Below are positions 25,671-53,400 of a stretch of DNA of 64,000 bases, one piece after another. The DNA comes from Bugula neritina (Eukaryota > Animalia > Bryozoa). The position numbers and the translations under genes are program-made. The stretch is from assembly GCA_964035545.1 (NCBI GenBank), contig OZ037767.1:16362581-16426580 (forward strand), read 5' to 3'. The notes below the pieces were generated by a model. It had not been told where the DNA came from, did not search any database, and worked only from the letters and a program-made list of their open reading frames with translations. Positions within the stretch are counted from its first letter, which is position 1, and every line of letters begins with the position of its first letter.

Positions 25671-27483
25671 GTCACTCAAAGAGAGGGTAGGAATCAATCT
25701 TCCAAGAGTCAACTGCTGAACACAACAATGTCTATCAATATATAACTTCATGAATCAACATTAGATAATTGTTATCAATATCTTTTACATTTTTAGGCTG
25801 CAAGTTGCCTTACAGTATAAAGCATATATGACTTTATTATTTGCTATTTATTTTCAATTTACAAACAATATTTTCCATGATCACTTGCCATGAATATAAT
25901 ACTAATACAGTAATACTATTCAAGGCTTGGTCAAGGAACATTGATGATCATAATAATAACAATGCTCTCAGAAAGACTAAATAATAATAATAATTGTAAT
26001 AAAAAAAGAATAGTACTAAGAAATTAACAATCAAGTGCTGACTGCTTCCCAAAATAATTTGCAAAATAAAGTTGCTATAATAATTATATAAGCCTAGAGC
26101 ATCACTATGGATTATGGACTATAACCGTACGAGCACCTCAGTATTAGTAAGTAATCATGGTATCAGTGTTAAGATGATCATTACTTCATGATGGTAAGTG
26201 AAAATGAGAAGATAAAGTTTAACGAGTAACTGTAAAGTAAAACTCTCACTCTTGAAAGTTAAAAATCTAAATTATTTTATTTATTTTCAAATTTCTATTT
26301 GCTATACTAAAACTTTGTTTTACTCCAACTCTTAAACTACGAGCACAACTACTGTAAGTGCAACTGTCTACTTTGAACAGCACATAACTAAAAGCAATGG
26401 AATGAGTTACCATTATGATTACGAGAACTGTTACTTTAGTGACTGAGTCTTCTCCAACAAAGCTTGAAGTAAATCACCAAATCATGCCCAACTTTTTTTC
26501 GTTTTATATTTAAAATAAATCTATAGTTATATTATTAATATTTAATATTAATTGAGTAATATTAGTATTACTGTTAGTGCTAGTGTTACATTCCAGTTCC
26601 TTTTAGTTTTACTTCAAGATTCAATTTAATTTGGTTTCATGATTTATCAACATCATATTGAATTTGATATTAATATTTATTAGAGACTTACACAGTTACA
26701 GTTCCCCTGCAAGTTAGTGTTAGTGTTACACTTACTGTTCGTGTTAGTGTTGCAGATACTCCGACTCGAATTATTAGTATTACTTTTAGTTTTAGTATAT
26801 CTCGTTCTACAAGTACAAGTGAGGTCTCGAATTTTACGTTTACATTGATTTGAAAGCTGTTAATAAAATAAACACAAGCTACGGTAGAGCTTTAATAAAA
26901 CCTAATTGCTCAAATTACTATTATACCTGTTGTACTTGTTATACTAATACCATTACTTATTTACTAATCAATCACTGATCAAATTCAAGAATTTAAATGA
27001 CCTCTATTTTGACGACCTTGCCGAGTTTCTTTCAACCTACAAGATTGGGCGATCTACGCTAGGCTGAGGTTTAAAACGCATGAATTCACGTGACGTTACT
27101 AAGCCTATAAGCAGTGAACAGACAAAGGGGAGGTTACTCCTGATATTTCAATTTCCTTTACTCACATTATTTTTTACTACATGACATAATACTAATTATA
27201 TTTTCGAAGAACTATTTTTTTAACACTAATCCACTTAAAATGCTCATTTTCCTAGCAATATAAAACAACATTATTTTTTGCAGATATTAGGTTAAAATTT
27301 TGCTCCACTTAACTCATCTTGGAGTTAATAGTAATACTTATACCATGGCTCAACAATAATTTGATGTGAGAGTTAGTGTCCGTCACATGCCCTTCAACGC
27401 AATTTTTTCAACTATCTTTGTGGATGTGCTATATATTGTGATTCTAGTAATCTAAAAAGTAATGCTGTTAAAAACTATATACC

Positions 27484-27485
<2 letters not shown>

Positions 27486-27569
<84 letters not shown>

Positions 27570-27737
27570 GTATGCTGATTGTCAACCTAGTTGGAGTTCC
27601 AGCGAAGTAAAGTGCTCGATATCACGGGTGACAGAGCTAATATAATGTAGTGTGTTCAGATTGTTAATGATACATATATATATATGTATCATTAACAATC
27701 TGAACACACTACATTATATATATATATATATATATAT

Positions 27738-27776
<39 letters not shown>
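27486..27776. repeat. (TA)n tracts enclosing an 80-bp perfect palindrome (27640-27719)
   Basis: ATATAATGTAGTGTGTTCAGATTGTTAATGATACATATAT is followed immediately by its reverse complement. Confidence 0.92.
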
Positions 27777-27777
<1 letters not shown>

Positions 27778-28158
27778 TACATTTTATACCAATGAATTAA
27801 CGCTGTGTGACTTCCATAAATATATTTATATAAATTACAATGTTGATATTTGCACAATAATTGCAGAATAAATGTAAAGTATAATAAAATGCATGAATAC
27901 AAAATTATTTATTGTAGAATAAGACTAATACATTAATGAACATGATAACACTGAATGCTAACCTAAGATGTCTATACAATATCTTGTTATCTTACAGGAA
28001 TTAATAGACCATACTACTTTGAATAGTGACAACAGCGTTGCTATGTCATGCATAGGTCTAAAAATATTTTATTAAAACACAACTAACTGCAGCACTATAT
28101 TAGCTAGTATTTAATAAAGAAGCCCTACTAGCCGAGTCCAAAAAACTTTCTTAGGCTT

Positions 28159-41515
<13,357 letters not shown>

Positions 41516-43934
41516 TTTCCCGATCGCCAAGCTTAGCTCAATCCAACTGAAGATTTTTATAACTGATCATAGTAGAGACTCTTAAGCGTATGCTAAGCAA
41601 GAACAATGAAATTGAAAGTTTAACTGATGTGAAACTCTGAAACTTGGCAAGACCTGTTGAGCCAATTATGTACACAGCAAATGAAAAGACAGCGTGTAAC
41701 TGGCCAATCAAATTTCAGAGTTTTATAAACTGATCAGCTATGACTAAGTTTCAACCACTTATCAATGTTAGAAAGAGGTTATAGGGTTATGTATTTTTAT
41801 AAATATCAAGTACTTTCTAATCGGCATTGTTCTGTATTCTTTATTAAAATTTACATTTAATTAAATTTATTTAAAATATACTGAATGAAATTGTAACAGG
41901 ATTTTGCATTTATGTATTCCGTTGCTGGAATATAGTTACAAGTATATAAAAACAGAGTGCTTCTAAAGGTACATATGCATATGATAAAAACTATAAACAA
42001 TATTGGGTAAAATATTTGAAAGAAATTCCTATGATAATTGTTAGTAAGGATTTGGTTTGTGTTTAAGTAGCTCATATATATTTATGTCACACAACGACAC
42101 CACATACACAAACAGCGCACCAACACACACATAGACACCATGAGATATATTGAGATACTACTGTGTTATACGTCAAACTGTACATCTTGGTTCAAATATT
42201 TCTTCACATTATTAAAAAGCTCCCCATATAAACAAATACTTTCACCACGAGAGATGTGAATGCAGTGGACATACCGCTATAGTCAGAAGTAGTAGTACAG
42301 ACAGATGAAAGAGATGAAATATCACATATTAGTACTAACTCACCAAGTCAGCAAAGGCGAATACTAACTCTCCTGTCGTCACCCAGCTGAACTTGACCTT
42401 GAAAAGAGAGTTGTATCGTTTCAGTGTGTAAGAACTACGCTTCTGCTGATATTTTCAAGTAGTTTCCCTCTTAAGCTCAGTTCACCAGCAATCAAAAGGC
42501 AGTGGAGAACAAAAAGTGGTGGATGCTGTAGAAGGCTGTAACTACAATTAATGGCAGTCTTTCTGGGTAGCTGTGTTTCACTGCCCCAGCCAATAGGGGA
42601 CGGTCTACTAATGTTGATGTGATTCTTTTCAAAATTTAGGACCTATGGTTTTAGTTTGTTGCTATTTTACAAACCTGTTTTTATTAATTGTTTTATCTTT
42701 TGATTATTGAACTTTTAACTTGACCTAAAATGTTAGAGACAAACACCTGTAACTGATTACAGTTTGTATATAAACATACTAAGTCCTTCTGTCTATTGAG
42801 GTCTATCATTTCTTAAGAAATTCAATGTATGGAGAATAGACAATACAAACTTGTTATGCCATAGTAAATTCAGGACATATTTGAAGATATATTTGTTTAT
42901 TATAAAGTTAGCTGATATCGTTGTCTACTTCCCAGGATTTCAAAAAACAGTTCTGGCAAAATCTCAAATTTCACATTAATTCGGTTGTTTTTAATACGTA
43001 ATTTTAGAATATTAAAAAGTGAAAACACAAGTGGCTTTGGCATCGCTGCCTTTCTTCCAAGGGTAGAAATGACCAGATAATCCTGACACAGTATGACAGA
43101 GTATTAGCTTATTGAATGCCCATATTTCAGCTAACTGAATTAGACTGTTATATAATATTACATAATGTAATGCTGGAAAACTATAAAACAGATGAATTGA
43201 ATGTCATTGTCTGCCAATTCAGGTCCTTAACTTGTACGCAGCTGCTGTCATGCCTTAATTCTCAAATGGTGTGATGCCATCAGGGAGCCAGTAACTCCCC
43301 AACTAGCTGCCAGTCCAGCATTTCAGTTTAAGCTGCTGTTTATTTTGAGAGGTTTTGGTCTTACTAATTGGGACATGGTTGATCACTTTTTTTGTAGCAT
43401 TCAACAAGAAACTAAATTCACTATAAAAGTACTTTAAATATTACTATAACAAAACTGCTGCAAAGTTTAGGCCCACCATAACAAAAATAAGCAGTGTTGT
43501 AACAAATGATAATCTTAACCAAGCAGAAGTGATACATTAACAATAAATGTTATATTTGTGGTGATGGAGCACACACAGCTTCAAACTAAAAATGCTACAT
43601 TTGCTGTAAAAATTGACAGTTAAAGCTGCACCTTGTTTACGAAAACTGTTTCCTCTCACAATTATAAAAACAGGAAACAATTCAAATATATTTCAAGTAG
43701 ACTATTTAAAGTACAATACAATTCATCCTTTGCAGTGTTATAACTCAGTGTTTTATCATAAGTCACATCTGTAAAGCCATCATTGTTCCAAACATAACAT
43801 AATTGATTTACATACACCAGTTACAGACTCAAATATATTCATTCTTAGCTATTCTACATTTAAAACCTGACATTTTAACTCAAGCAATGCATTCTTTATA
43901 GGGGACTCACAAGTTACTAAATCACTACACTGAG

Positions 43935-44110
43935 TAGTAATAGTACTGAGTGAGTAGTATTACTCATAGTACTGAGTGAGTATTATTAGTCATAGTACTG
44001 AGTGAGCAGTATTACTCATAGTACTGAGTGAGTAGTGTTAATCATAGTACTGAGTGAGTAGTATTACTCATAGTACTGAGTGAGTATTATTAGTCATAGT
44101 ACTGAGTGGG
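43935..44110. repeat. 26-bp tandem repeat (TCATAGTACTGAGTGAGTAGTATTAC)n downstream of the ZNF106 stop
   Basis: Directly visible, about 6 copies. Confidence 0.9.
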
Positions 44111-44474
44111 TAGTGCTATATTAGGTAGTGTGATGAGTGACTAGTATGTAGTGAATAGTAATGTCCTTTCACATATCATAAGGAAGTGACAGAATGATCA
44201 AATGTTACAAATGGTCATGCAAAGAGCATAATATAATATAATATAATATAGTAGTAATATATAAACAACGTAGTGATAAGTTGTACTAGTAATTTGTTAT
44301 GTGAGCAGTTTATTGTATCTCAAATTGTATCATTATTTACAGTCTATAAAGATGAGAAAAAAATAAAATGGCTGTTAATAACTCTGAGTGATGATAATTC
44401 TGTTTATAAAATTCCTGTAATATGCTGCCAGAGAGAGAGAGAGAGTCAGCAAATCCAAACGAATACACTGCCCA

Positions 44475-47400
44475 TCAGTAGCTGTTGATATGTGCTTCAT
44501 ACAGGTGGCACCGTAGAGCCTGAAAAACAGCATATGTACAATACAGCATATGACGCAATGTACAACTTATAATATAATATATTATAATATACAATGCAGT
44601 ATATCGCAAACTATACAGTGTATAATGTAATATACAGATATCTGAATTTCGACCTGGTCGGTCTATTTTTACAAGCAAAATTTGGGTTCAGAAATTGAGT
44701 GTTGATTGGATGAGTGTTTTTAATTGGTCCAATGCCAACATTATCATTCCATTCAATAGAAATGTAGTGACACCAAATAGTAAGTAATGTGACGAGTTAG
44801 TGTCATGTGACTAGCTGGTGTCATGTGACCAGTAGACACCATGTGACTAGCTGGTATCATGTGACCAGTAGACACCATGTGACCAGCTGGTGTCATGTGA
44901 CCAGTTAGAGAATGACTTACGTCGACGGACTTGTGGTGTTCGGACGAGGAGCAGCCATCCCAAGGACAAGTTCGTCGGGAGAGAATATCGGTAAGGTGAG
45001 AAGAGAGGATGTGGTTGATGAGGTGCTGGGGGTGACCGTACGGCATGTTGCAAGAGTTTATCTGCAGAGAAAACGGGATATAATTTACCAGCATAAAAGT
45101 TGATCTGCTGAAAACGATATCAATAAACCACACATAGCATATTAGAGGACAATTTAACTGAGTACAAACACTTACCTTGCACTTTACCTGAGTACAAAGA
45201 TTTACCTTGCACTTTACCTGAGTACAAACACTTACCTTGCACTTTACCTGAGAACAAACACTTACCTTGCACTTTACCTGAATACAAACACATACCTTGC
45301 ACTTTACCTGAGTACAAAGATTTACCTTGCACTTCAACTGTGTGCAGTTTACACTGAAGGATTTCGTTAACCCATTTTGATCACCGAAAAACACTTTTCC
45401 TTTTTTATATGTAATGGAGAGCAGAGTAGAGGGGAAGGAGTAGATATTGATCAGCTTGAGATTCTAGAAAGTATATCACAGAGTAGAGTATACAGAGTAT
45501 ACAGAGTATACAGAGTATACAGAGTATACAGAGTATACAGAGTATACAGAGTATACAGAGTATACAGAGTATACAGAGTATACAGAGTATACAGAGTATA
45601 CAGAGTATACAGAGTATACAGAGTATACAGAGTATACAGAGTATACAGAGTATACAGAGTATACAGAGTATACAGAGTATACAGAGTATACAGAGTATAC
45701 AGAGTATACAGAGTATACAGAGTATACAGAGTGATATGATACGGTAAGTTTACCTGAATATCATACTGAGCCAAAGTTCCGTCCTCAGAAGCAGTATAAA
45801 GTACGGGTGTATCATTATTCCTCCCGATACAGAATGATCTGAGGCTTCCCAAGCTAGATGTAAGTTCAGAGACGAACTTACCTTTCTACAGAGTAATAAC
45901 ATTGTGAGTACAGTAAACACTATTGTTATATAGCACATGACAGTGCAGTGTACTATGTACGTACGTACTAAGAAAGAAAAGTATATCATCTTACATATGA
46001 TAGATACACTAGGTAGTAGGTAGGCTATAATGTAATTATGTACTTACATTTTGATATAAACACTTACCTCATAATTATATACTTTCACCGAGTTTCCAGA
46101 TGATACGTACAGATAGGGTCTAATCTCATCCACCTAAGTAAACAATTACAAACATATCTAGAGAAAAGATATGTTATGATATATAGTCAACACAAGCACC
46201 TGATATGCTATGCACACACCTGCAAGCACCTTGGTAACTGTGTCACCGATGGCAGGTGTCTGATGAGAAGCCCAGACTTGATATCTCTAATGCTGACAGT
46301 ACAATCGTAAGAGCCGCATATGAGGACGCGACGAGCTCCTTCCTGGGCGGAGCATATCGACATGATTCCTGAACTTCCTGTTTGGTACTTCTCCGCCACA
46401 CAATCTTCCTGTACGTAGAAAATATATACACTTACTGTATACACTTACACGTAGATACACTTACACGTAGATATACTTACTGTATAATCTGTACATATAC
46501 TTACTATATACACTTACAAGTAGATATACTTAATATATAGACTTACATGTAGGTATACTTACTGTATACAGGTATAACATACTTACTATCATACTGTATG
46601 ATACAATATCCCCGTTATGAAGGCCGAGGTAAAGGAGCCCAAACGCCTCCATCATACACAATATCGAATGCTTAAGGTCAACTTTCTTCACTATCTCTCC
46701 TGTCTAAAACATTAAAAGCAGAAATTTAGTATTCAATATACTCGCTAATGCCTAGATATAAAATCACCGAGTAACTCAAAAATGATGTTATACGGACTCA
46801 TTACTATATCAACTTCCTGTCCAGTGCAGTTCTCTTATGACACAGCATTCGATCAGGTTTGATATGACCTCAGGGTATGAATGTTCAAAGAATTAAAAGT
46901 CAAACCATTTTAATAAACCCTAAAGATTCAGAATTTTATAGGAAAAACTGAAATAGATACATCGTTATGATAGCTCAGAAGAGGAAAAAGCACACAGTAT
47001 GAGAGTTATTCCCACATACATCAGCGTTAAAGTGAATGAGTACACCGTCCATATCACCGCTGTACAGCACAATCTTCTCGCTGTGTTTAGAGAGAACAAG
47101 CAGAGATCTGATGCTGCTTTCATGTCCGTGGTAAGTGGCTATACACGCCCCAGTCTACAACATACAGTAGACTCTTATTGGCCGAGACAGAGAGAATTGA
47201 GAGTTGTCTGTTCTTTTAATTGATTCAAGAACTATGCTCGTTGTTTTATATGCTGTATGTATTTAGATATACAAGGTGCCAGTTATGAAACTTGATTGTT
47301 TGACACAACTTTTTCATAATCCAGATTTGCAAATAAAAAATGGGGAGCAATAAACCAGAGTAGCAAGCTATCAACACCGGCGATAAATTAATAATAACAA

Positions 47401-50400
47401 ACTTTCCTAATCAATTACTTCTGTGTAAATATATTATTCTGTAACTGTATCAAGAGAGGGTTACTCCAGACTATGTTATGCTCACACAAACGAGCACACA
47501 CATCCACAAGTTACATGTTTACATAATCAAAAGCAAACAGTTGACTCCATAAAAAAATTTAATTTCCTGGGGAAATTTTAAGTCATTACACATATTTGCA
47601 AACAACTATAAAACGCAATATACTACTCTATTTTAGTACAAATTCAAAATAAAACAAACAAAATTATACTTAAAATGAGAGAAATGGTAAAATGAGCAAC
47701 AAGCATAAAGAAGCAAATGGTTATTACTTCAAGAATACTGATGATCTCTGCATAGGTTACTGCATACAGTAAACTTACAAAGTATCTGTTAGCAAGATTA
47801 CGAATAATAGGAGTATTGTAAGATGTTGTTACAATGTAAACACAGTGGCAGCAGCAGCAGCATGTTCAACATAGTATACACAAAGCAATATGCTAGATAA
47901 ATAGTTAAAGTTGAAGGTTGTAAAACTGTTCGATATATCTTCATTAGCTTAACATAAGAAGTATTAAGCTGGCTGGGTAGGCTGTCTACGGATAGATTAG
48001 CATATGCATGAGGGTACTCGGCTGCGGCCATCTTGTAATTGATAGTAAAGTGGTCGTGTGCCAGGGTGAAGGGGTTAATGAAGTCTTGAGTACTTGAAGT
48101 GACTTGAAGTGACTTGAGCTGAAGTGACTTGAAGCTAATCTATGTCCACTGACAATCAATCAGTAGCCAGTATTACTGTAATTTTGGTATTTAAATCTCG
48201 TTTGTGTGTAGAGATGAGAAGTTTAGCCTGTGGTACCAATATCTGCAGAGCTAAGCCTGTACCTCCCCTCTCCATAGCCAATTTTATTACCCTCTTGGTT
48301 TTTAATACAGAGCTGGCTTCATGGTATATTTAGCGCAACAAGGGTTATCTGTCACTAAACTATATTAATTTATTAATATGTATAACAAGTTTTATTATAC
48401 ATGTATAGCCCTTGAAGTTAAAATTATTTTATTTAACATTGTATTAGCAGTAATTATAACAATTTATAACACTGGCATGGTAGCTCATCTTTATAGTAGG
48501 CTGAGTACTAATGTTAGAACTAGCATTAAGTTTGTACCTCAACGTCAAACCGTCGGATTGTACGGTCACCGGAGCCGCTGAAAAGAGAGTCCCCTTTAAC
48601 TACCAGACACATGACGGCAGCGGTGTGTCCCTCGTACACCATCTCATTGTCTGTTTGCATAGCGGTGCGTCTAGCCTGACTCTCTACTATGGCCTTCATC
48701 CTTCTTTCTACACTGTTCAGTCTACAGAGAGAGAATGAGCTAGGAGAGGGATTGTAGGGGTACACAATAAGAACAGGGGAGGGGATTAGCGCCAAGCAAC
48801 AATACACATTTCAAACTATGGTCTTTCATACTATTGTTATTCAAAAATATCACATATTTAAGACAAGTATTTTTTTATAGCATACTTATTGTTAATGATA
48901 TGAGAGTTCCGTGTTTTCACTAATCATTTAGCTTACAGTTATGACTTGATAATTGTTTGAGCTATGCGACATATGTCCATGAAGAACTGAATTTATTTTT
49001 ATAAAGCATAATTTCACAAAAAAATAAAAGCAGAGAAAAAAGTTAAAGCAAATGACTGAGAGCCAAACAGCACTAAAGTAACTTCGAACACTATGTAGGG
49101 AACGAGGGCCTTGCACACAACGATCATTAGCATGAGTAAAAAGACTATTCTTTTTTAGGTTTGACCAGTTAGCTTAAGCTTAAGACAAACATAAAAAACC
49201 CGATATTCACTGCGTTGGAAAATATCTAATTAAGCAGTAGTATACAAATATTAATCAAGATTGCTGCCATTATTCATGGCAAAGTCAACCAAGGCCACAT
49301 CTAAAAAGGTAGAAGTAGATAAAATGTATTTGCTTTTATCAACAGGTTAATAATTGCAAATCTTAATTACTATTGGTTAAGTATTGTGTGGGTTTAGAAC
49401 TGTAGCCGTATTGACCAATGAATCCCAGGTGCACGTTGCTAGCCCAGCAAATAGTCAGCAAAGAAGTTGAGTATCATTTAGCCACAACACTTTAATGAGG
49501 TAAGATATTGTACGTGATCTATAGTGTATAGTATCGCATTTTTGGCTTATGTCCAAGTTCAAAACATAGTTTAATGTGCATAATAGAATTACATTATTTT
49601 GCACATATAATGTATACATAAATTGCAGTGCTTTTATATCCGTGGTGTTTTTTAAGTATGTATTTGTAGCCTTTATCATATCATCATAAATTTTGTTATT
49701 GCGCTGTTTTGTGGCACACGATGTTTTATAAATGCATATACTATTTTGTATATAATATGCATTTGTTATTACGCATGTATTTCTATGCTATTTTGTATGT
49801 ATTAGGCAGATGCTAATTCATACAGAAATACCAAATTATTGCGTTATTGCTCCAATATTATTGTTATAGAATAACTATTCTTGTCACGAGGCATATGAAA
49901 ATAACTTGGTGTATTTTGTCTTCTATAATACAAGAAATACTCAGTCCCTAACTTAGGTTTCCTGGTTAAATCCTATGTCTACAATGTCATAAATAAAAAA
50001 TTACACCTTACAGAAATTATGTTTAACATGGCGGATTTACTATGTTATATGTACACATGGGATGAGGGTGCTATCCCCAGCACAAAACTGTATATAAAAA
50101 TTGCTTTTGAACTATATTTATAATACAATTATGAATTAAAAACTAATTTTAGTAAAGCATTGTTAAAACAATTTCAATAAATTAACTAATTTTAGAAATG
50201 GCTAAGCATAATATACTGCGGCTATTTTTCAGTTTTTACACCACGTTTTAACTCTTTAGCTCGGGGAAAGATGGCGAATAAAATAGAAATGCAGTTGACT
50301 GAGAACACAACAAATCCTTTTCCAGATTACAACTATGACAAATTATTCAATCACCCAGACTTACTGGATTGTCGAAACATCAGCTTGCTGCTGCTATGCC

Positions 50401-53400
50401 CGACACAATTTGTTGATAGGCACGGGTATGACCAGTATCATCTTTGTACCCAGTACATAGTAAGTGTGAAAACATGCTAGCTTTTTTATTCACAATGTCA
50501 ATAATTTTTGTGAGAATGATTCTTTTCAAAACTTGTTCACAGTGTTTTGTAATCACAGGGTGAACTCGGCATTTATGACTATGATGGGTTCAAAAGTGTC
50601 CAGAAAATCAAACATGTTATATACGGATGGTGCATCACTGTGATATGCTTACTAGGAATTGTGGGTAATATTCTGTCCTTTATAATCATGCAGAGTACAG
50701 ACTTTAAAGGATCTACAACAACTATATATCTCAAAGTAGGTACTTTGCAGACTGTTTCTTTTACCCACTACTACCTATCTTATATACAGCGACAGCAGCA
50801 GACATGGCTACAGTATTAATTGTATTAACTAGAACATATTTTAATTTTGTGTTTCGAATCAATCGAATTAAGCTAATTAAAGCAAATAAACGAGTTTCTC
50901 AAAAACGAAATTATTTATTCCATATCTGACTAAGCCATCATAAAATTAAAAACTTTCAATATTAAACTTGCACTTGTTAAAGATATTTTATTTAACAATT
51001 TATGCAGCGTTATCTGTTAAGTCAATTCAATCATAGTAAAAATGGTTGAGTGAAACAGAATTTCTAATAAATTATTTAGTAGAATGCTCAGATTCCCAAT
51101 CCACTATTGTAGGCATTGATGGTAATTGACTCATTCTACTTATCTGCCAACCTAATCTACTACGGCTTGCTTTTGGGAATGAAAGTTGGTAAATGGACAA
51201 TTACGATGTTTCCAGCCATCACGCGGATATACGTGGCATTCAACATAATAGATATTTTTAGAACATGCAGTGTACTTTTCACGGTAGCAGTAACGGTAGA
51301 AAGGTATGTTCAATTTTTTAAAAAATCAATTCTCAACATTATTTAATTTTGCGACATGTATTATACGGTGCTCTGTCATATATAGCCAGTTTAGCTAACA
51401 ACTCCTTATCAATTTACTGCATTGATATACTTATGTACAATTATCATAGTAGCTTTGACCTTTGATAGGAAAGTAAGAATTAGTGCAAACTCGTTTAAAC
51501 TTGTTAATATCAAAATAACAATCAAGACTAGTTAATTACGACCTAATTGACAAAAGTAGATGCTTGTACAAAACACTACAAATAGACATATGCAGACATC
51601 AATGTTTTTCTAACTTTTATTATTGCTTGAATATAATAGAATGTGTATAACTTTTTAGATATATATACATTTGCCACAGCTTTCTAGCCTCGAAATTGTG
51701 TACACAGAAAACAAGCAAACTTGCTATATTGGCTATGACCTTGATAGCGATGATATATCAAATACCAAGGTTCTTTATTTTAAAGGTACGTGTGTGTATA
51801 TATATAATGCTATATATTAAAAAGCATAAAATGAGATTCACCAAAAACCATAATAGCACAGCACATCTTCTAACCAAAATCTGAACTTATTTAAAATATC
51901 ATTATGAATTAAAAATAGCTAGAGTCAGACTTGTAAAAATAACCAGAATTGCTGTCCTGCATATAAGAATAGAGTCAAGTAGCTTTTCTCTTTACAATTC
52001 TTTTCTTTGGCTTCAATAAAACATTATGTTGACTAGTACACCTATAACGGAGATATCAAGCTTTATAGTGATATCCTACATTTATTTAACACCAATAACA
52101 AGCCCCAATTTTAATAACAGAAAACGTTTAGTTGACAGCAACCATTTACAAATCACATTCAAAAACTTATAATACTCATAATGATTGAATTGAATGTGCA
52201 TCAAAAATTGAAACACGCTATAAATTAGGCTGGGAATACATATGATTTTACTATAATTATACCTGGCTATATAGTAATAGTGTGTTTAGGTAGATGTGAA
52301 AGATGGTGAGGCAGGTTGTGGCACTATGTACCTCATAGCCTCCTCAGAGAGGATAACAGAGAAAGCTGAGGAGGCCATCGGATACACGGGTATGGCATTT
52401 GAAACAGTCCAAATATCTGCGTGCAAAGTTTAGTATCGAAATGAATTGCTATCATTCCTCCATCTATTTACTTTTTATAATAAACTGACTTATTATGGGT
52501 AATTATTGTTGATCAGTAGGTATTCTTAAGTTGCCACTACTTTAAATTAATTGTGCAAATATTCAAAATGTATTACTCCTTTAGCAGAGTGAATGGTGTT
52601 CAAGATACAAGCAGAACTTATTGTCCATGATTTTGCAGGATTAGTCTTGTTCATTCTTGTCCCGCTGGCTATACTAACAATATTGACTGTACTGCTTATT
52701 AGAGAAATAAAAAAATCTAAAATGTTTCGAGAAAGTATGCGAGTGAGAAGCATCACATCTCGCCAAAGCAGTAAAGGGGTAAGTAAATATTAGGGTGGCA
52801 ATTGGCCTTTTCAAATTATAAAAATATCAAATACTTTTAACTTTTGTTACCCTACAGAGTAATTAGAACAATGGTATCTCAAAAAATTTATTTACTTTAG
52901 GAAAAGAGAGGAAGAAAACATGAGAACACGACTATCGTATTGGTATCGGTAGTTGTAACATATTTAGTATGTAACTTACCCAACACGACAGTTTTACTAC
53001 TGCGATTCACCAAGCTCGGGCAGAATTGGGTAAAAACCTTCGAAGGGAGCATATTCTACATTATATCCATTTTATTTCTCAACATAAACAGCGCAATAAA
53101 CGTCCTACTATTCTGCTTTTTCGGAAGCAAGTTTCGACGAGTTTTTGTACGAGTTTTTCTCAAGTGTCAGTGGGGCAAGTCGAGAACGAGATACCAGTCT
53201 ATCTCGCAGACTGCATACTCGCACTATGTACACAGCAGACCGTCGATACAGAGGGCCGACGCCAAACCCACCCAGTCTGCAGACGCCGACATAAAACTGT
53301 GAGATTAAAAAGAGCGAGATCCTGGAGGAAAAGCTTCGTCCATTGTTTACAAAATTTTTGAACCAGTTAGGCAGCAACCGAGTGAACATTGACATTACAT

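Noticed and set aside
25671-25751. N-terminal extension of VPS72 from an upstream ATG
   Set aside because: Family homology begins at MAATRERR (25670). The upstream part is probably intron or UTR.
41850-44474. Additional gene between the MFS gene and ZNF106
   Set aside because: No consistent exon chain was found. The region is probably ZNF106 3'UTR or intergenic DNA.
52585-52638. Apparent in-frame TGA (52590-52592) in the GPCR, suggesting Sec or readthrough
   Set aside because: A better acceptor TTTTGCAG at 52638 joins in phase (GYTG-LVLFILVP) and excludes the TGA. No SECIS was seen.
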